From the NCBI RefSeq assembly GCF_964213995.1, contig NC_135825.1, forward strand, positions 12,028,001 to 12,092,000: a DNA stretch of 64,000 nucleotides, given 5' to 3'. Under the pieces are notes generated by a model. The model was not told the origin of the DNA and ran no database searches. It was given only the letters and a program-made list of their open reading frames with translations. The position numbers were made by a program, and so were the translations under genes. Shown here in pieces: positions 59,645 to 64,000 of the stretch; the first letter of the stretch is position 1, and each line of letters opens with the position of its first letter. This stretch comes from Mustelus asterias (lineage: Eukaryota).

Positions 59645-62510
59645 TGTCAGAGACAATGTTCCTCTATAGTAGACAATTGGTTCATATTCATGTTCCCACT
59701 CTTTTTCTTTCAATTCATTAACTTTATTAAACTGGATTTCACTTTTCCCTCCTGCCCATTTTAACATTATCTAATACTACACTGCAATGGAGTTTTTGAT
59801 CAACATTATCAACTCTCCACCATTTACAACAGATCCATTTTCTAACTAGCAATGACAAACTCTCAGTCCCATCTTCTCGAGTTTCCCAAAGGAAATGACT
59901 CAAAGTTCCTCTTTTTATTTTAAACTTTGCACACCCCCCAGAATGTTCTCTGGAACTCAACCATGACTACCATCGGGAACTAATCACAGCGTTTTATGGA
60001 GTTATGCACAAACAGCTCCCAAATGACACACCAAGTGTCAGTTGACGTCTCACTGGACAGGTCACGACTTGCTTCAGCCTTCTCTGTCCTTTATCAGTGT
60101 TTCAACACAACTTGTCCAAAATTCCCAGAATGCTTGATTGTAGCTCTTAACAATTCTCATTGTTGTTGCTGTTGGCCAACCGGCTACAATTCCTCCTCTT
60201 GATCCTGGAGCGTGAAGCAAATTGGATCACAAACTATGACCAATTTCCTTCCCACAGGTTAGTCATAAACAAGTGACATATTATCATTATTGTATCTTTG
60301 CAATTAACTAAATTCTTGCCTACGTAACATCAATTCCATGTTCAACTGTTGGGTTTTCTCTCTATTCCATTTGACAAACTGAATCATAAATAAAATTAAA
60401 TAAATTAAAGTACACAATGTTATTAAAACTGCAACATGAGACATTAGACAAATCCATGGATGAATCTGCAGATTTATATGCCAGTCCCATAAATCGTTCC
60501 ACCAGTTAGTTCTTTTGATCGGTCCCTTTTAATCTCTTTTGTCATTTGAACCACTTTACTAAAAGTTGGACGGACATCAGCAAACTGTTTCTTAATTTCT
60601 GTCAGATTCTCTGGTAAACGTTCAATCGTAGTGTCATATTTTTCAAAATAGTTGCCCAACATCCCTTTAAGATCATCTGTAACATTAAAAGAAACTTCCT
60701 CTCTCTTATATATATCAATGAATTCCATACAGCCTATTCCAGCTGGTATTTGAGATTTAAAGCAAAAAGCAGTATTGGTCATATTACATATTAATGTACC
60801 AGATCGACATTCCTTCAGTGAGGAAGTAACACAATATTCTCCCCCAGTCTTATGAGTTACCATTGTCATATTTGTATCAAGACTTTTAATTTCCACTCTA
60901 CAATTTAAATTCACATCTGTTATAAAACCATGTAAAACCTCTTCACCAGAATATATCATTAAGTTTTATTTATTAGTCACAAGTAGTAAACCTCAATTCT
61001 CCTTTACTTCCACACCTATCAGGGTTATTTTGCAGACATACTCAATAATTATTTACACAATGCTTGACGTCTTTAGTCATGTTAGGCCACCAGCATCCCT
61101 TTAATTCAATCAGCAGTTGTTTCTGCTCCCTGGTGACCCTGAACATCATGATATTGGTAAATGATTTGATTATGATCTTGAGTTGGTACCACATACAATC
61201 CATTCTTAAGAATAAACCCATCCTGTAGTTGAAACTTATCTTTCTATTTGTCATAAGAAGCAGGGTGTGCCCCATCCTGCAGCTATTCTGAATCATCGTT
61301 ACTACACTGAACCTGTTTAAGATCTTCCAGGCAGAATTCTCTGGCCGTGCTTGTCTAAAAGCCAGTAATTCCCACCTGTCAATGGGGTTTCACATTGTCC
61401 ACAACCTGCCCGCTAAAATTCCAGTGGTGGGTGAGATGGGAGAATTCTGGCTTCCATACTCGCCTGACAAACAGTAACAGAATCTATCAATCGTGGGCGG
61501 CACGGTGGCTCAGTGGTTAGCACTGCTGCCGAACAGTGCCAGGGACCCGAGTTCGATTCCCAGCTTGTGTCACTGTCTGTGTGGAGTTTGCATGTTCTCC
61601 CCATGTCAGCGTGGGCTTCCTCCAAGTGCTCTGGTTTCCTCCCACAGTCTGAAAGACGTGCTGGTTAGGGTGCATTGACCCGAACAGGTGCCGGAGTGTG
61701 GCAACTGGGGGAATTTCACAGTAACTTCATTGCAGTGTTAATGCAAGCCTTGCTTGTGACTAATAAATAAATAAACTTTTTACTTTAACTATCTGTTCAC
61801 CCACTGGAGGCTGCCATGATTCTCCCTTTTCGAGCACCTTGTTTTGCCAATTCATCTGCTCAAGAATTCCCAATGGGAGAGGTTCTGTGATGTGCCCTAA
61901 TGGTCCCTTGGGCAATATGGAAAATATATTTCAGCAAAGGTGCTGACGGTTGAGGTTTCCCATCTGCTGAAACCAAACCTCTCACTTTCCACAATGGCAG
62001 GAAGTCAGTTCCTCTATTGCAGACATACATGCTGTCAGAATGTATATATATCAGCTCGGCGTGGAAACTTATCAGGGTGACTGACCACATAAACCACAGC
62101 AGTCAACTCAGCTGCTTGAGCATTCATCCCACTTGATAGTTTTACAGCTAACTCAACAAGAGCTATTCCATTGTCAACCTCGACATCATTCCTCCACAAT
62201 AGAGGATCCAGCAACAAGAAATTCAAAGGCCATTTTGTGTCTGTCCTCTGCACAGGTATGTCAGATATATACCAGATCGAGCAGGCTTCACGAATCCTCC
62301 TCCCTTTTGTTTTGGCAGAAATGGTTCCTTGGGATCACTTGTTGTCACTATTTGACACTCATGAGGCTCACCGCTGTAATTTAGATTGTCAGCTAAGAAA
62401 CTGGGCAATTTAGTCCGTTTGGCTGCAATATCTTGACCTTGAAGCATTAAAGCCCAATGTGCTATGCAGATTGGACTGATCGTAACAACTGAATGGGAAT
62501 ATGTGGCAAA
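59645..62510 (-). mobile_element. Degraded retrovirus-like element: tether/RNase H, integrase zinc-finger remnant, env C-terminus, PPT, 3'LTR
   Basis: RNase H motifs (AQAAEL, SDSMYV, W...G..SADGKP); WWPNM...C..NNP; env with a Trp-rich MPER and TM; PPT AAGAGGAGGAAT then TGTAGC at 60188; - strand AATAAA at 59723-59728; LTR distal end approximate. Confidence 0.75.
61494..61790 (+). mobile_element. HE1-type SINE inserted in the degraded retrovirus
   Basis: GGGCGGCACGGTGGCTCAGTGGTTAGCACTGC...GAGTTCGATTCCC; tail CTTGTGACTAATAAATAAATAAAC. Confidence 0.85.
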
Positions 62511-62519
62511 GGAACTGAG

Positions 62520-63906
62520 AGACTATGTTGACTACAGCCCTTCACACCCCACATCCTGTAAGGACTCCATCCCATTCTCTCAGTTCCTTCGCCTCCGCCA
62601 CATCTGTTCAGATGACGCCACTCCCCAAAATAGCGCTGCCAATAAGTCTTCCTTCTTCCTCAATCGTGTTTTTCCATCGACTGTGGTTGACAGGGCTCTC
62701 AACCGTGTCCAGCCCATCCCCCGGGCCACTGCTCTCACCCCCTCCCCTCCCTCCCAGAACCAGGATAGGGTCCCCCTTGTCCTCACTTTTCACCCCACTA
62801 GTCTCTGCATTCAAAGGACCATCCTCCGCCATTTCCAACAATTCCAGCATGATGCCACTACCCAACACATCTTCCCCTCACACCAGCCCACCCCGTCAGC
62901 ATTCCGCAGGGACCACTCTCTCCTGGACACCCTGGTCCACTCCTCCATCACACCCAACACCTCACTCGCTGCCCACGGCGACATGCCATGCAATCATAGA
63001 AGGTGCAACACCTGCCCCTTTACCTCCTCCCTGCTCACTGTCCCAGGTCCTTAACACCCCTTTCCTCTGAAGCAGCGCTTCACATGCACCTCCTCCAATC
63101 TGCTCCATTGCATTCGCTGCTCCCAATGCGGTCTACTCTACATTGGAGAGACCAAACGCAGACTGGGTGACCGCTTTGCTGAACACCTTCAGTCCGTCTG
63201 CAAGTCGGACCCTGACCTTCCTGTCGCTTGCCTCTTCAACACACCGCCCTGCTCTCCTGTCCACATGTCCGTCCTTGGCCTTTGGCAATGTTCCAGCGAA
63301 CCCCAACGCAAACTGAAGGAACAGCAGCTCATCTTCCGATTGGGCACTTTACAGCCTTCCGGACTGAACATTGAGTTCAACAACTTCAGAGCATGAACTC
63401 TCCCCTCCACCTTCACTCCTTCCCTATTTGCTTTATTCCATTTCATTTCGTCTCATTCATCCATTTTATCATCCTTCTTTTTCACTTCTATTTTTCCACT
63501 GCTCCATTCCAGCTCTCCTTCTTTCCCCGTCCACCCCCCTCTCACCCCTTTCAGTGAAACTGCCACATTCCTCAGGCTGTCCTTTAACAATCTGTGCCTC
63601 TGTTCTGCCATTCTCGCATTCTGATCACTTAATGGACACTCTTCGCACTTTCTCAGCCTTCTGTACCCTCATTTACATTCCCTTTGTCCCATTCCACACC
63701 CCCTCACTTCCACCCCCACCCCCCTAACCCACCCCAATAGTCTCAATCTCTGCTGCTTCTCTTTTCTCTTCGCTCTGATGAAGTGTCATCGAGACTTGAA
63801 ACATTGGCTCTATTCTCTCCCCACAGATGCTGTCAGACCTGCTGCGATTTTCCAGAATTTTCTGTTTTTGTCTCAGATTCCAGCATCCGCAGTATTTTGC
63901 TTTTAT
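62520..63906 (+). mobile_element. Penelope-like retroelement, 5'-truncated (RT thumb, GIY-YIG endonuclease, pLTR)
   Basis: SHP.SCK.SIPFSQFLRL..IC; YIGETKRRLGDRFAEHL; GLNIEF; degenerate hammerhead CTGATGA...GAAAC at 63775-63802. Confidence 0.88.
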
Positions 63907-64000
63907 CTTGCTTGTGGAGTCTGTTTCATCGTTGTTTGGGGATTACTGTTTTTCATGTCAATGGAGTTAATTTATTTAACTCTCTGCCATCAATTGTCAG

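Overview
Eukaryotic genomic DNA, most likely from a cartilaginous fish (shark): it carries HE1-type tRNA SINEs, CR1 LINEs and Penelope elements. The main feature is one + strand immunoglobulin-superfamily receptor gene of the CD300/pIgR-like type. Its ectodomain has been amplified as a ~2.6 kb tandem unit into 11 C2/I-type Ig exons (324 nt each) strictly alternating with 10 CD300/pIgR-type V exons (309 nt each) over 5584-44360, all with phase-1 splice junctions. I reconstructed by hand four downstream in-frame exons: stalk (46716-46794), uncharged transmembrane (49264-49352), and two cytoplasmic exons (50923-50975 and 53177-53311, with ITIMs IVYASV and VTYATL). This predicts a giant inhibitory receptor of about 2300 aa or more, with at least 21 Ig domains. 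The leader and first exon(s) lie upstream of the window, and one V exon carries two adjacent stop codons. Introns and flanks hold an internally deleted ERV with a gamma-type env and a tRNA-Ser PBS (1-4055), a Gypsy LTR element whose PBS is complementary to its own LTR (6333-11018), nested CR1 LINEs including one intact ORF2, SINEs, solo LTRs and Penelope pieces with hammerhead ribozyme motifs. A second degraded retrovirus-like element with a non-gamma env occupies ~59645-62510.
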